Positions 16,767 through 30,136 of a stretch of 32,000 nucleotides of DNA are shown piece by piece. This DNA comes from Aeropyrum pernix K1 (GTDB lineage Archaea; Thermoproteota; Thermoprotei_A; Sulfolobales; Acidilobaceae): positions 1,320,001-1,352,000 of the forward strand of contig NC_000854.2 in assembly GCF_000011125.1 (NCBI RefSeq), written 5' to 3'. The position numbers and the translations under genes are program-made. Position 1 is the first letter of the stretch. Each line of letters starts with the position of its first letter. Below the pieces are notes generated by a model. That model ran no database searches, had not been told where the DNA came from, and saw only the letters and a program-made list of their open reading frames with translations.

Positions 16767-18215
16767 CTACCTCTTCTCCAGGCCGAGGAACCTCCTCACT
16801 GCCCCGAGAGGAGGTTTAACCTTCTTCACTCCTCCCTGAGCATCCTCCACCTCAAGCCTGAGGGCCCCTGAGACGCCAGCCTCTGCCAGTAGCGCCAGTG
16901 ATATCAGGCCCTGGTAGAGGGCGTAGTAGGGCCTAGCGAGCGTCACAGGCTCTGAAGGGTCTACCCTTAGGTCGAGATCCACGCTGTGGGGTTCGAAGCT
17001 CGCCTGGACTATATCTGAGGCCACTCTTTTTATGGGGTGCCCCTTCCAGAACTTGTAAGCCCCGCTGTCACCTGTCGCCAGGGTTTTCCCCTCCAGCAGA
17101 GTCAGGTCTATCCTAGTCATTCCTACGTCGCAGGGTGGAGGGCCGCTGGGTATTATGCTGGCCCCAGAGGCGAGAAGGTCCTGGAGGGCTAGGTAGGCTA
17201 GGACGTCTGCAACGGCGCTAGAGCTGCTAGGCCCTCCCCTTTTGACCGCGTTTGCCACCCTCTTCTGAACCTCGAGAACGGCGCACTCGGGTATATAGAC
17301 CTTGAGGCCCTCTAGGGCGCTGTTGTGGATTCCAAAGTATATGAGGTTAGTGTCTACAATGACCCCGGCCTCCCGATGCTCGTCAACCCCTCGTAGGCGG
17401 GCGGCGCCCATCCACGCTGGAAGCTGGACTAGAGCTTCGCCCCTCCTGTCGGCCAGGCCCGCGGCGAGCTTCGCAACCCTTGCAGCCGAGTTGGCCACGT
17501 CCTGGGGCTCGCACAGCCTCAGCCTGAGGGAGTCGATACCCTCCACCTCTATCCTGGCCATGCCGCACTCTGCCCTGAGAGGGGGCCCGGCCACGCTGAA
17601 GGTCTGAGCGCTGTTGAGGCGGCGGGCAAGCTCGGCGACGCTGCAGCGTAGGGGCGGTACATCGCCTCCCCATAGCCCCCTACAGTCCCTGCCCCTCGCT
17701 GTTAGGTCCGGGAACCTGCTGGCGGCGCTCCTACGCCCGTTTACAGCCTCGACTACGCTGTGCATGAGTATTATTGGCTCCAGCCTCCTCGGGACGTACG
17801 GGTACACGAGGCCCGTCCAGGGGCCCCAGTAGAAGTGTACGTGAGCTACGTCGAGCCTACAGCCCGCCGAGACCGTTGCTAGGGCCGTGCTAGCGGCGAG
17901 CCTCCTCCCAGCACTCGATATGACCACCACACCCTCCTCGCCGCAGAACTTCTCCCTGAAAACCCTTCTGAGGACGTCGGGGAGCGTCCTCTCACCCTGC
18001 ACTTCGGGAATGGCGTGGCCGCTGAGGTCCTCAATGCCGGTGTCGACCTTCAAATACTCTTCAACAACGTGTTTAACCCTCTTAGCAGCCTCCAGGGCGC
18101 CTACATGTATTATTGTCGCCGAGTCGAAACCCCGCTCCTCCCATATCCTAGAGGCAGCCGTAACAGCGGCCTCAACATTGCCAGCCCCCCTGCTGACGGG
18201 GAGTATAAGCTTCAT
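16767..18215 (-). CDS. Putative two-domain protein: N-terminal CARF/Rossmann-like region + C-terminal PIN-like ribonuclease
   Basis: N-term MKLILPVSRGAGNVEAAVTAAS...ATIIHVGALEAAKRVKHVVEEY...EGVVVISSAGRRLAASTALATVSAG resembles CARF core blocks. C-term GVIVDTNLIYFGIHN...VYIPECAVLEV...MTRIDLTLLEGKTLATGDSGAYKFW has PIN-type acidic positions. The ORF opens at 18236; the internal ATG at 18215 is preferred. Confidence 0.6.
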   Translation of the reverse strand: MKLILPVSRGAGNVEAAVTAASRIWEERGFDSATIIHVGALEAAKRVKHVVEEYLKVDTGIEDLSGHAIPEVQGERTLPDVLRRVFREKFCGEEGVVVISSAGRRLAASTALATVSAGCRLDVAHVHFYWGPWTGLVYPYVPRRLEPIILMHSVVEAVNGRRSAASRFPDLTARGRDCRGLWGGDVPPLRCSVAELARRLNSAQTFSVAGPPLRAECGMARIEVEGIDSLRLRLCEPQDVANSAARVAKLAAGLADRRGEALVQLPAWMGAARLRGVDEHREAGVIVDTNLIYFGIHNSALEGLKVYIPECAVLEVQKRVANAVKRGGPSSSSAVADVLAYLALQDLLASGASIIPSGPPPCDVGMTRIDLTLLEGKTLATGDSGAYKFWKGHPIKRVASDIVQASFEPHSVDLDLRVDPSEPVTLARPYYALYQGLISLALLAEAGVSGALRLEVEDAQGGVKKVKPPLGAVRRFLGLEKR

Positions 18216-18880
18216 CCTACACCACCACCGGGCCATGGGAAGCGGTCAGATAGGGGTGGATCTCCCCACGGCCCTTGAGGCTCAGAATTGGAGTCACACC
18301 TCATCCCGCCCATATAGGGTATACGGTCTAGAGGGCTGATAACCTGGGCAAGGAGGCTAACAATAACTCCTCTCAAAGAACAGTGGCCCCTAAGATGCAC
18401 CGGTGAATCAACCGTACAGTACACTATCCTCCGCCCCTGCTGCGGGCGGCCTAAGGGCATGGTAACACACTCCAGGATGCAAGGCCGCGAAACCTGCCCT
18501 ACCGAGCTATACTATATCCTCTGCGCCGCAATGGCTGGTTCTAGTGTTGTATTACCTTGCGGTGTGAATAGAACCTTATGTTTGAGGCGTAAGGTATCAC
18601 GCCGCTTGTGGAGGGAAGCCGGTTTGCAGGCCTCTGGGCCAGCCCGCGGGTGGAGGACCTAGGCCTCCGGCGGAATAAATGGAGCACCGTGGAGGTGTCG
18701 AGGCTTTTCAACTAGCCTGGACGGTAATACGGTTAGTTGCTGTCACGTCTTGGCAAGGGGGTTATGGGCTATCCCGTGGACACCCCATACTGCCCCCGTC
18801 TTAGCTGGGGGTATTCACATCGGTTCGGGGGCTTTCCGGGCAGGTTTGAGCGGGTTAACCTGTTTTCAACCGGCTGGTGC

Positions 18881-18941
18881 TTAACTCTACCGTTAACTCA
18901 ACCGCTATCTCGGGGGTGGTTGAGTTAAGGCGCAGTTAACT

Positions 18942-18946
<5 letters not shown>
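18881..18946 (+). repeat. Two direct copies of TTAACTCTACC flanking the inverted repeat
   Basis: 18881-18891 and 18936-18946, identical 11-mers. Confidence 0.9.
18893..18928. repeat. Perfect 11-bp inverted repeat TTAACTCAACC / GGTTGAGTTAA with 14-nt spacer
   Basis: Arms read directly at 18893-18903 and 18918-18928. Confidence 0.9.
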
Positions 18947-20507
<1,561 letters not shown>

Positions 20508-20509
20508 CC

Positions 20510-21925
20510 CTATCCACCCAGTACACTGTCCAGTAGATTGACAAGTAGATCCACATGCCTCCTGGTATGGGCCTCCGTGACCGTTAAGAGCATGTCATTG
20601 TCGCTGAAGAACGAGAACCCTCCGAGGGGTATACCGGCGAGAACCCCCTTCTCGAGAAGCCTCCTCCTAGCCACGCCAGCGTCCATAGGGAGCCTTACTG
20701 TGAAGTCCATTATAAACTCTCCCTCTAGGAGGGGCGCCTCGACACCCCTTAGCTCTGAGAGCCTCTTGGCGGCGTAGTGGCTCATATACCACGAGGCCTC
20801 CGCAACTTCCCTGAGGCCCTGCGGGCCCAGCAGGCTGAGGTAGACTGCAGCCGCTATGGCCATGAGGGCCTCGTTGGTTGTTATGTTGCTGGTCGCCTTA
20901 GCCCTCCTGATATGCTGCTCTCTAGTCTGGAGTATCATGGCGAAAGCCCTCCTGCCCTCAGCATCCACCGTCATCCCTATAAGCCTTCCTGGCATCTGCC
21001 TTACTAGCCTACCGTCCCACCTCACCGCGAAGACTCCCAGATAGGGGCCCCCGTAGTTGAGGCCGAGGCCGAGGGGCTGGCCGTCGCCAACCGCTATGTC
21101 AGCCCCCAGCCTTCCGGGGGGCTTGAGGATGGCCATGCTGACCGGCTCAACACCCAGTATGAATAGCCCTCCGGCCTTGTGAACAGCCTCTCCAGCCGCC
21201 TCCACATTCTCGTCTATAACCCCAGTATAGCTGCTGGGGTACTCCATGTAGAGGGCCGCAGTATCACCTTGCGACAGCCTGGACTCGAGGTCCTCTAGGT
21301 CTATAAACCCCGTCTCCCTGTCTACCCTAACCTTCTCAACCCTGATTCCGCCGCCGTAGGCGTAGGTGGTTGCAGTCTCGAGGTGGAGAGGGTTCATAGT
21401 CTCAGGCACTAGAACCCTATTCCTCCTCGTAACCCTCCTGGCCATGAGCATAGCCTCGCCAACGGCACTGCTCCAGTCGTAGAGACTCGCGTTGACTACC
21501 TCCATCTCAAGCAGCTCTGCAACCAGGCTTTGATACTCGAAGAGAGCCTGCATCAGCCCCTGGCTTATCTCAGCCTGGTAGGGGGTGTATGCTGTGAGGA
21601 ACTCGCCCCTGGTTATGAGGGCCTTCACAACGGAGGGGACGTACCGTGGCCACACACCCCCGCCCACAAACGGAGGGGGGTCGGTGAAATACTTGTTCCT
21701 CGAGAGTATATCATTTATCCTAGCCAGGACCTCTGCCTCGCTGAGCGGCCTCCCCTCGCCTATGGGGAGGGAGTCCCACTCCTCTGGAGACAGCAATATA
21801 GTGGGGGGTATATCCCTGTAGAGATCGTCGACCGAGGAGACCCCTATAGCCTCCAGCATCTCATCAAGTATGGCCTTATGGGAGTTTGGTATCCAAGGAT
21901 GTTCCAACTGTGGATACACCAACAT
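20510..21925 (-). CDS. gcvPA: Glycine dehydrogenase (decarboxylating) subunit 1
   Basis: FVGGGVWPRYVPSVVKALITRGEFLTAYTPYQAEISQGLMQALFEYQSLVAELLEMEVVNASLYDWSSAVGEAMLMA; GDGQPLGLGLNYGGPYLGVFA. Immediately upstream of subunit 2 on the same strand. Confidence 0.96.
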   Translation of the reverse strand: MLVYPQLEHPWIPNSHKAILDEMLEAIGVSSVDDLYRDIPPTILLSPEEWDSLPIGEGRPLSEAEVLARINDILSRNKYFTDPPPFVGGGVWPRYVPSVVKALITRGEFLTAYTPYQAEISQGLMQALFEYQSLVAELLEMEVVNASLYDWSSAVGEAMLMARRVTRRNRVLVPETMNPLHLETATTYAYGGGIRVEKVRVDRETGFIDLEDLESRLSQGDTAALYMEYPSSYTGVIDENVEAAGEAVHKAGGLFILGVEPVSMAILKPPGRLGADIAVGDGQPLGLGLNYGGPYLGVFAVRWDGRLVRQMPGRLIGMTVDAEGRRAFAMILQTREQHIRRAKATSNITTNEALMAIAAAVYLSLLGPQGLREVAEASWYMSHYAAKRLSELRGVEAPLLEGEFIMDFTVRLPMDAGVARRRLLEKGVLAGIPLGGFSFFSDNDMLLTVTEAHTRRHVDLLVNLLDSVLGG

Positions 21926-22044
21926 GTAGGAGGGTGGGCGGGCCTGGTTATCAGCGTTAAGGGCTTCACCGGCTAATACAGGCTAGGGCTTGCACCGTTT
22001 ATTGCAGGCTACGGATCCCCCGTTTATAGGCTCCGGAGGCGACT

Positions 22045-22551
22045 TTGTTTAACGGTGTGAAAGGCTTGGTTGAGCTTGGAGAGAAGGCGCCGGACTTCAC
22101 CCTTCCCAACCAGGATTTCGAGCCTGTGAACCTCTACGAGGTGCTTAAGAGGGGTAGGCCAGCCGTCCTCATATTCTTCCCCGCGGCGTTCAGCCCGGTC
22201 TGCACTAAGGAGCTGTGCACCTTCAGGGACAAGATGGCGCAGCTAGAGAAGGCTAACGCTGAGGTCCTCGCCATAAGCGTGGACAGCCCCTGGTGTCTCA
22301 AGAAGTTTAAGGATGAGAACAGGCTGGCCTTCAACCTGCTCTCAGACTATAACAGGGAGGTGATAAAGCTTTACAACGTATACCACGAGGACCTAAAGGG
22401 TCTTAAGATGGTGGCTAAGAGGGCCGTCTTCATTGTTAAGCCCGACGGGACTGTAGCTTACAAGTGGGTTACTGACAACCCCCTCAACGAGCCTGACTAC
22501 GACGAGGTGGTGAGGGAGGCTAACAAAATAGCGGGGGAGCTGGTGGCCTGA
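22045..22551 (+). CDS. Peroxiredoxin (Bcp/AhpC-like)
   Basis: LGEKAPDFTLPNQDFEPVNLYEVLKRGRPAVLIFFPAAFSPVCTKELCTFRD, AEVLAISVDSPWCLKKF. Confidence 0.93.
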   Translation: MFNGVKGLVELGEKAPDFTLPNQDFEPVNLYEVLKRGRPAVLIFFPAAFSPVCTKELCTFRDKMAQLEKANAEVLAISVDSPWCLKKFKDENRLAFNLLSDYNREVIKLYNVYHEDLKGLKMVAKRAVFIVKPDGTVAYKWVTDNPLNEPDYDEVVREANKIAGELVA

Positions 22552-22575
22552 CCTCCCCGCAAGCAGCTTCCAGCT

Positions 22576-22773
22576 TCAGACCTGCTTAGCCTCCTCCTTT
22601 TTACCCTCAAGCTCGTCTATCATCCTCTGCACTATATATACTATCTCCGGGTTAGCATCTATTTCCAGCAGCCTGTTGTAGATCTCCTTCAGCCTCTGCA
22701 GGTTCTTCTCCTTGAAAGCTTTCCTAGCCTCGTCGTATAGCTGTATATCCTCGCTGCTCGGAGTCATGCACAC
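22576..22773 (-). CDS. Small 65-aa helical protein of unknown function
   Basis: MCMTPSSEDIQLYDEARKAFKEKNLQRLKEIYNRLLEIDANPEIVYIVQRMIDELEGKKEEAKQV; amphipathic-helix composition, convergent with the peroxiredoxin. Confidence 0.5.
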   Translation of the reverse strand: MCMTPSSEDIQLYDEARKAFKEKNLQRLKEIYNRLLEIDANPEIVYIVQRMIDELEGKKEEAKQV

Positions 22774-22872
22774 TCTCCATTCACCCCGTTAAGGCTAGAA
22801 GACTCGAAGGGTATATGTGTTTTTACGTGAAAGCTCCTTAGGGCGTCATAATCCTGGAGAGCGGGTGAGAAG

Positions 22873-22918
22873 CATTTATAGGGTCCGGCTGGGGGCGATA
22901 TAATTTTAAACTTTAAAG
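22873..22918 (+). promoter_or_regulatory. Candidate archaeal promoter region for the OFOR operon
   Basis: AT-rich TATA-like elements (CATTTATA; TTTTAAACTTTAAAG) in an otherwise GC-rich context, upstream of the OFOR alpha gene. Confidence 0.35.
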
Positions 22919-22982
22919 GTCTACACAGGTTTTCTACAATATTGAATATGTGTGGATGCTATGTTAGGTGGTGCTTTCTAAA

Positions 22983-25848
<2,866 letters not shown>

Positions 25849-25884
25849 GCTACGTGGCGATAGCGGTCTAGAGGCGACCCTTTT

Positions 25885-26352
25885 TTGAACATCGCGAGGC
25901 TTATCCTCGCGCTATCAATACTACTCCTCCCTTCACTATGGGCAGCCTCTCTCGGCGTCAGCAAAACTGACTACAATATCGTGGTGCGCTGCGACTATGG
26001 TGACGTGTCGAAAGCCTGGTCTGAAAGCGTAGAGACTCTTGAGATTTCTTTCCTCCACAGCGTCCATAAGGAGGTTGAGACCGACGTAATGAGTGTGGAC
26101 AACAGGGGGTTCTGGCTCAGAGAAGTACGGCTTCCAGAGACTGGCGCGGGGACGCCGTATAACCTTGAGGACCTGGGTGGCTCTGGCTCGGTTTATTTCG
26201 ACCAGGGCGTGCTAGTGTTCACCGACCTTAACGTCTACAGGGGTAGAAGTATAGTATACAACCTCGAGGTCTGGAGGAGCGTTGATTTAAAGCTAGATGG
26301 AATGCCTGTAGACATTGCAGACTGTTCCGTCCTGGCTATAAAAACGCCTTAG
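25885..26352 (+). CDS. DUF1850-like secreted/anchored protein (TRAP-TAXI associated)
   Basis: Signal-like N-terminus MNIARLILALSILLLPSLWAA; LEISFLHSVHKEVETDVM resembles the F-HS-E core of DUF1850; lies in the neighbourhood of a TAXI-TRAP system. Confidence 0.6.
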   Translation: MNIARLILALSILLLPSLWAASLGVSKTDYNIVVRCDYGDVSKAWSESVETLEISFLHSVHKEVETDVMSVDNRGFWLREVRLPETGAGTPYNLEDLGGSGSVYFDQGVLVFTDLNVYRGRSIVYNLEVWRSVDLKLDGMPVDIADCSVLAIKTP

Positions 26353-26396
26353 TGGTAGAGGCGGAGCGGCCGGTTCCCGGGTAGAAGGAGAAGTAT

Positions 26397-27689
26397 TTAT
26401 AGGTACTCCTTAGCTACTCTCACCGCCTCCTCTGCCGCTCTGTGGAAGGCTTCCAGCTCCTCCTCGCTGTGGGAGTATGCGAGGTGCATCCTCTTCAGCG
26501 GGTTAGGAGTCACCAGTATGCCTCTCCTCCTCATCTCCCTCGCAAAGACTCTGTAGGCATCGCCGTTGGCTCTCAGAGCCTCCTCGAGATTCTTGGGCCG
26601 CCTGTCTATGCCGAAATATATGCTTACCGAGCCCCCGAACTGGGATACAGCAGCTTCCACGCCGAGGTCCTCAGATATATCCCTGAGAATACCTGCCAGA
26701 GCCTCCGCCCTACTACGTAGCGCTCTGGTAAGCCCCACATCCTCCGCCTTTTCAAGTGTTGCCACTCCAGCAGCCATAGATAGTGGGTGGCCGGAGTATG
26801 TTCCGCTGCTCACAACCCCTCTAGCCAGCAGCTCCATAACATTGTCACCACCGAGAACCGCCGCAACAGGCATGCCGTTTGCAATGGCTTTTCCTACAGT
26901 TGTCAGATCCGCTCTTACGCCGAAGTAGTCCTGCATCCCCCGGTCGCTAGCCCTTATGAAGGTTATGATCTCGTCGAATATCAGCAGCGAGCCGTGGGTA
27001 TCGCACAGCTTTCTCAACCTCTCCACGAAACCCTTTTCCGCCGGTATAACGCCCATACTATGGGCCACAGGCTCAAGTATGTAGGCGGCAACCCTGTCGC
27101 CAAATCTCTCAGCATAGTCCTCCAGTGCATCGACATCGTTATAGGGGAGGACCTCTACTGTCGAGGCTGTTGCTGAGGGGACGCCTTTCGACTCCACGGT
27201 CTTACCTTTTGACGCCGGGTTTTTGATGTTGTATATCGAGTAGTCGTGCCACCCGTGGTAGTTGCCGTCGAACTTGACCACAACATCCCTACCTGTGTAT
27301 GCTCTCGCCAGTCTCATAGCCATCATTACGGCTTCACTACCACTATTAGTAAATAGCACTTTATCGTACATCGGAAACTTTCTGATGAGCATTTTAGCAA
27401 ATTCTATCTCAGCGTCGCTAACACCAGCACCATGGAGAACAAGCCTGTTCAGCTGTTCGCTAACCCTGGCTGCGACGTCATCGTCATTATGGCCGAGAGC
27501 TACAGCGCCAAATGCCATATGAAAGTCTATGTACTCCCTCCCCCTGTAGTCCCTTATCCTCGAGCCTTTCGCCCAGGACACTATCAGAGGCTCTATACTA
27601 TGAAACTCCCTCCTAAGCCCGCCTTGGGCACCACCTATGAACAGGGCGAGAGCGTCCCTCCAGAGACCGCCTCCGTGATCACCACTCAA
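26397..27689 (-). CDS. Class III aminotransferase, glutamate-1-semialdehyde 2,1-aminomutase-like
   Basis: FTNSGSEAVMMAMRLARAYTGRDVVVKFDGNYHGWHDY, LLIFDEIITFIRASDRG, LTTVGKAIANGMPVAAVLGG (PLP Lys in GKAI), SGTYSGHPLSMAAG. Confidence 0.82.
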   Translation of the reverse strand: MSGDHGGGLWRDALALFIGGAQGGLRREFHSIEPLIVSWAKGSRIRDYRGREYIDFHMAFGAVALGHNDDDVAARVSEQLNRLVLHGAGVSDAEIEFAKMLIRKFPMYDKVLFTNSGSEAVMMAMRLARAYTGRDVVVKFDGNYHGWHDYSIYNIKNPASKGKTVESKGVPSATASTVEVLPYNDVDALEDYAERFGDRVAAYILEPVAHSMGVIPAEKGFVERLRKLCDTHGSLLIFDEIITFIRASDRGMQDYFGVRADLTTVGKAIANGMPVAAVLGGDNVMELLARGVVSSGTYSGHPLSMAAGVATLEKAEDVGLTRALRSRAEALAGILRDISEDLGVEAAVSQFGGSVSIYFGIDRRPKNLEEALRANGDAYRVFAREMRRRGILVTPNPLKRMHLAYSHSEEELEAFHRAAEEAVRVAKEYL

Positions 27690-27857
27690 CAGTATTCACC
27701 GGAAACCTAAGTCTGGGCATAACCCCCAGGCCTACCTTAACCACCCTGGCTATTAAGCCTTTGCCAACACCCCGCCGGGTCTAGAAGCAATTTATTACCC
27801 GAGGGGGTTAGAAGATACCGAGTTAAATGGTGTGCTTAGCATAGGCTGTTTGGCCTT

Positions 27858-27890
27858 CCCACGCGTATAGCGGGAAACGGGTCGCGTGGG
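27858..27890 (+). promoter_or_regulatory. Hairpin upstream of TRAP permease (CCCACGCG...CGCGTGGG)
   Basis: Perfect 8-bp arms at 27858-27865 and 27883-27890, 17-nt loop, about 50 bp before the permease start, in the divergent spacer. Confidence 0.5.
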
Positions 27891-27940
27891 CGCGGGTGTG
27901 TTGCTCTATCACACTTAATAGCTGGTAGTGGTGTTGAGGC

Positions 27941-30136
27941 GTGGGTTCGGATAGGGCTTCCGAGGTTATACGCAGGGTTATCGGAGAGAGAGATCTTCTG
28001 GGGCCTGCGGCAAAGATTGTGCTGGCGGTCGCAGCGTTCATGGCGTTTCTAGAAGTTTTCTATGTTATGCAGTTCGGGCTAGTGCTCTACAGGTTTCTGG
28101 AGAGCATGGGTCTGGACCTGCCGAGCTTCTACAAGTACCCTGACATATTCTTCCAGCTATACCCTGCAAAGGCTATAGTGCTCAGCCTAGTAATAGCGGG
28201 AGCCTTCATAATCTATCCCATCAGCAGGGCGAGAGGCCCCTACGACAGGGTGCCCCTCTACGACTATGTTCTAGCCGTTATAGCAGGCCTGTCCCCCTTC
28301 TACGTGGTCTACCTTTACGCTAAATACAAGACAGTAGAGTTCACTATAGAAACGCTCTCGTGGCTAGACCTAGCGTTTGTCCTGGCAATACTAGTGGCCC
28401 TCGCAGAAGCCACCAGACGTAGCCTGGGGATACTGCTTCCAGCTATAATGGCTGTTTTCGTGGCCTACGGCTTCATATACGCCTACACACACCCTCCTTT
28501 CGGCGTTGAGGGGCTACAGGTCTTCAGGAGGCTAGTAACGGCTTTCATAAGCCAGAACCAGGGCTTCCTGGGAGTGCCTCTCACCGTAATGGTCTACTAC
28601 GTGTTCATATTCCTATTCTTCAGCTCATTCCTGGACAAGCTCGGGGTCGGGAAGTATATCACAGACCTTATGACAGCCCTTTTCGGCAGAAAGCCCGGGG
28701 GGCCCGCTAAGGTCGCCGTAGTCTCTAGTGCTATGATGGGTACGATATCGGGCAGTAGCGTGGCCAACACGCTAACAACGGGGACATTCACCATACCAGC
28801 CATGAAGAGGGCAGGTTTCCCGCCGGAAGTCGCCGGGGCTATAGAGCCTGTGGCCTCGACGGGCGGCCAGCTAATGCCCCCTATAATGGGTGCTGCAGCT
28901 TTCATAATGGCCGAGTTCGTCGGCATCCCGTACGGCATGGTCGTAATAGCAGCTCTCCTCCCAGCCATACTCTACTTCTACAGCATCTACGTTTTCGTCG
29001 ATAAAGAGTCTAAGAAAAGGCGCCTGAAAGGGCTGCCCGATAGCGAGCTACCGCCTCTCAGGCCTCTCCTCGTCAGGCTCTACTACCTGCTTCCCATACC
29101 GCTTATCCTAATAGGCCTCCTGAGGCTGGCCCCCCACCATGCCGTGATGGCCGGTATACTGGCTACCGTGGCTGTGTACGTGATAGACACGATCCTCTAC
29201 GGTAGCAGGAGCGCCAGACTCTCCAACATCTTTATACTCACCCTGCTGATACTCTTAACTCTCGTACCTCTCGTCTCAACCCCTATGGGTCTAGCGCAGT
29301 CCCTGTTTTTCGCAGGCGGCGCATCTATAGTGGTCGCCCTCGTTGCTGGCTTGTTAAGCGGAAATCTCAGAGACTTAGCCGCAGCCACTGTAAAAGCGGT
29401 AGAGTCTAGCTTCAGGAATAGCATACCAGTCTTCCTAGCCGCGGCCACCGCCAGCGTTATACAGTCTATGATAACCTTTACGAACCTCCACAAGACTCTC
29501 GGCGACATGCTCCTGACCCTCAGCATGGGGATATTAATACTGCTCTTGATAGCAACCGCCGTGTTCAGCATAATACTGGGCATGGGGGTGCCTACTACGG
29601 CCAACTACATCATCACCGCAACTATACTTGCAGGCACGCTAGCGGGATACTTAAAGGAGAACCTAGGCTACGCCGAGCTAGAGGCCACGCTGGCGTCGCA
29701 CATGTTCGTCCTCTACTACGGGATACTAGCCGACATAACGCCCCCTGTGGCCCTAGCAGCGTTCGTAGGGGCTGTGCTAGCTGGTGCAGACTTTTGGAGG
29801 ACAGCAATAAACGCTACCATCTACGGCTTCGCGAAGTATATACTGCCTTTCGTGTTCGTCTACTCACCGGCTATACTCATAGTGACAGTGGATACCTGGG
29901 GTTTCGAGGAGATTCTAAGGCTTGGATACACTATAGCGGTAGTCCTTATTATAATTCATGTTGCTTCAAGCGGGTTCCTAGGATGGGTTTTTGACAAGCC
30001 CCTCGAGAACAGGCTGCTCAGAGCAGCTATGGTGCTTTTCTCCGCACTGTCTGTTACCCTGAACCCCCTGGTAGTGGCTCTAGCTTTAGCTAGCTACGCC
30101 ACAGCGCTAATTTATACTAGAAGATCTGTTGCGTGA
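27941..30136 (+). CDS. TRAP transporter fused permease (DctQM, TAXI/4TM-12TM type)
   Basis: 731 aa, very hydrophobic; SAMMGTISGSSVANTLTTGTFTIPAMKRAGFPPEVAGAIEPVASTGGQLMPPIMGAAAFIMAEF and LGMGVPTTANYIITATI...HMFVLYYGILADITPPVALAAFVGA are TRAP large-subunit hallmarks. Confidence 0.96.
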   Translation: MGSDRASEVIRRVIGERDLLGPAAKIVLAVAAFMAFLEVFYVMQFGLVLYRFLESMGLDLPSFYKYPDIFFQLYPAKAIVLSLVIAGAFIIYPISRARGPYDRVPLYDYVLAVIAGLSPFYVVYLYAKYKTVEFTIETLSWLDLAFVLAILVALAEATRRSLGILLPAIMAVFVAYGFIYAYTHPPFGVEGLQVFRRLVTAFISQNQGFLGVPLTVMVYYVFIFLFFSSFLDKLGVGKYITDLMTALFGRKPGGPAKVAVVSSAMMGTISGSSVANTLTTGTFTIPAMKRAGFPPEVAGAIEPVASTGGQLMPPIMGAAAFIMAEFVGIPYGMVVIAALLPAILYFYSIYVFVDKESKKRRLKGLPDSELPPLRPLLVRLYYLLPIPLILIGLLRLAPHHAVMAGILATVAVYVIDTILYGSRSARLSNIFILTLLILLTLVPLVSTPMGLAQSLFFAGGASIVVALVAGLLSGNLRDLAAATVKAVESSFRNSIPVFLAAATASVIQSMITFTNLHKTLGDMLLTLSMGILILLLIATAVFSIILGMGVPTTANYIITATILAGTLAGYLKENLGYAELEATLASHMFVLYYGILADITPPVALAAFVGAVLAGADFWRTAINATIYGFAKYILPFVFVYSPAILIVTVDTWGFEEILRLGYTIAVVLIIIHVASSGFLGWVFDKPLENRLLRAAMVLFSALSVTLNPLVVALALASYATALIYTRRSVA

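Noticed and set aside
18459-18662. 67-aa plus-strand ORF in the large spacer
   Set aside because: No domain-like pattern and it contains hairpin-forming sequence; not supported as a protein.
18737-18940. Possible tRNA-like segment (CGGTTCGGGGG near 18832 resembling a T-arm)
   Set aside because: No complementary T-stem of correct length and no matching acceptor or anticodon stem could be drawn by eye; tRNAscan-SE would settle it.
16767-18941. CRISPR array next to the CARF/PIN-like gene
   Set aside because: No regularly spaced ~24-37 bp direct repeats are present; the repeated TTAAC motifs are too short and irregular.
22968-22970. GTG at 22968 as the OFOR alpha start
   Set aside because: Possible, but the ATG at 22983 is nearer the conserved N-terminus (RKDVVLLVGG); kept as an alternative, not asserted.
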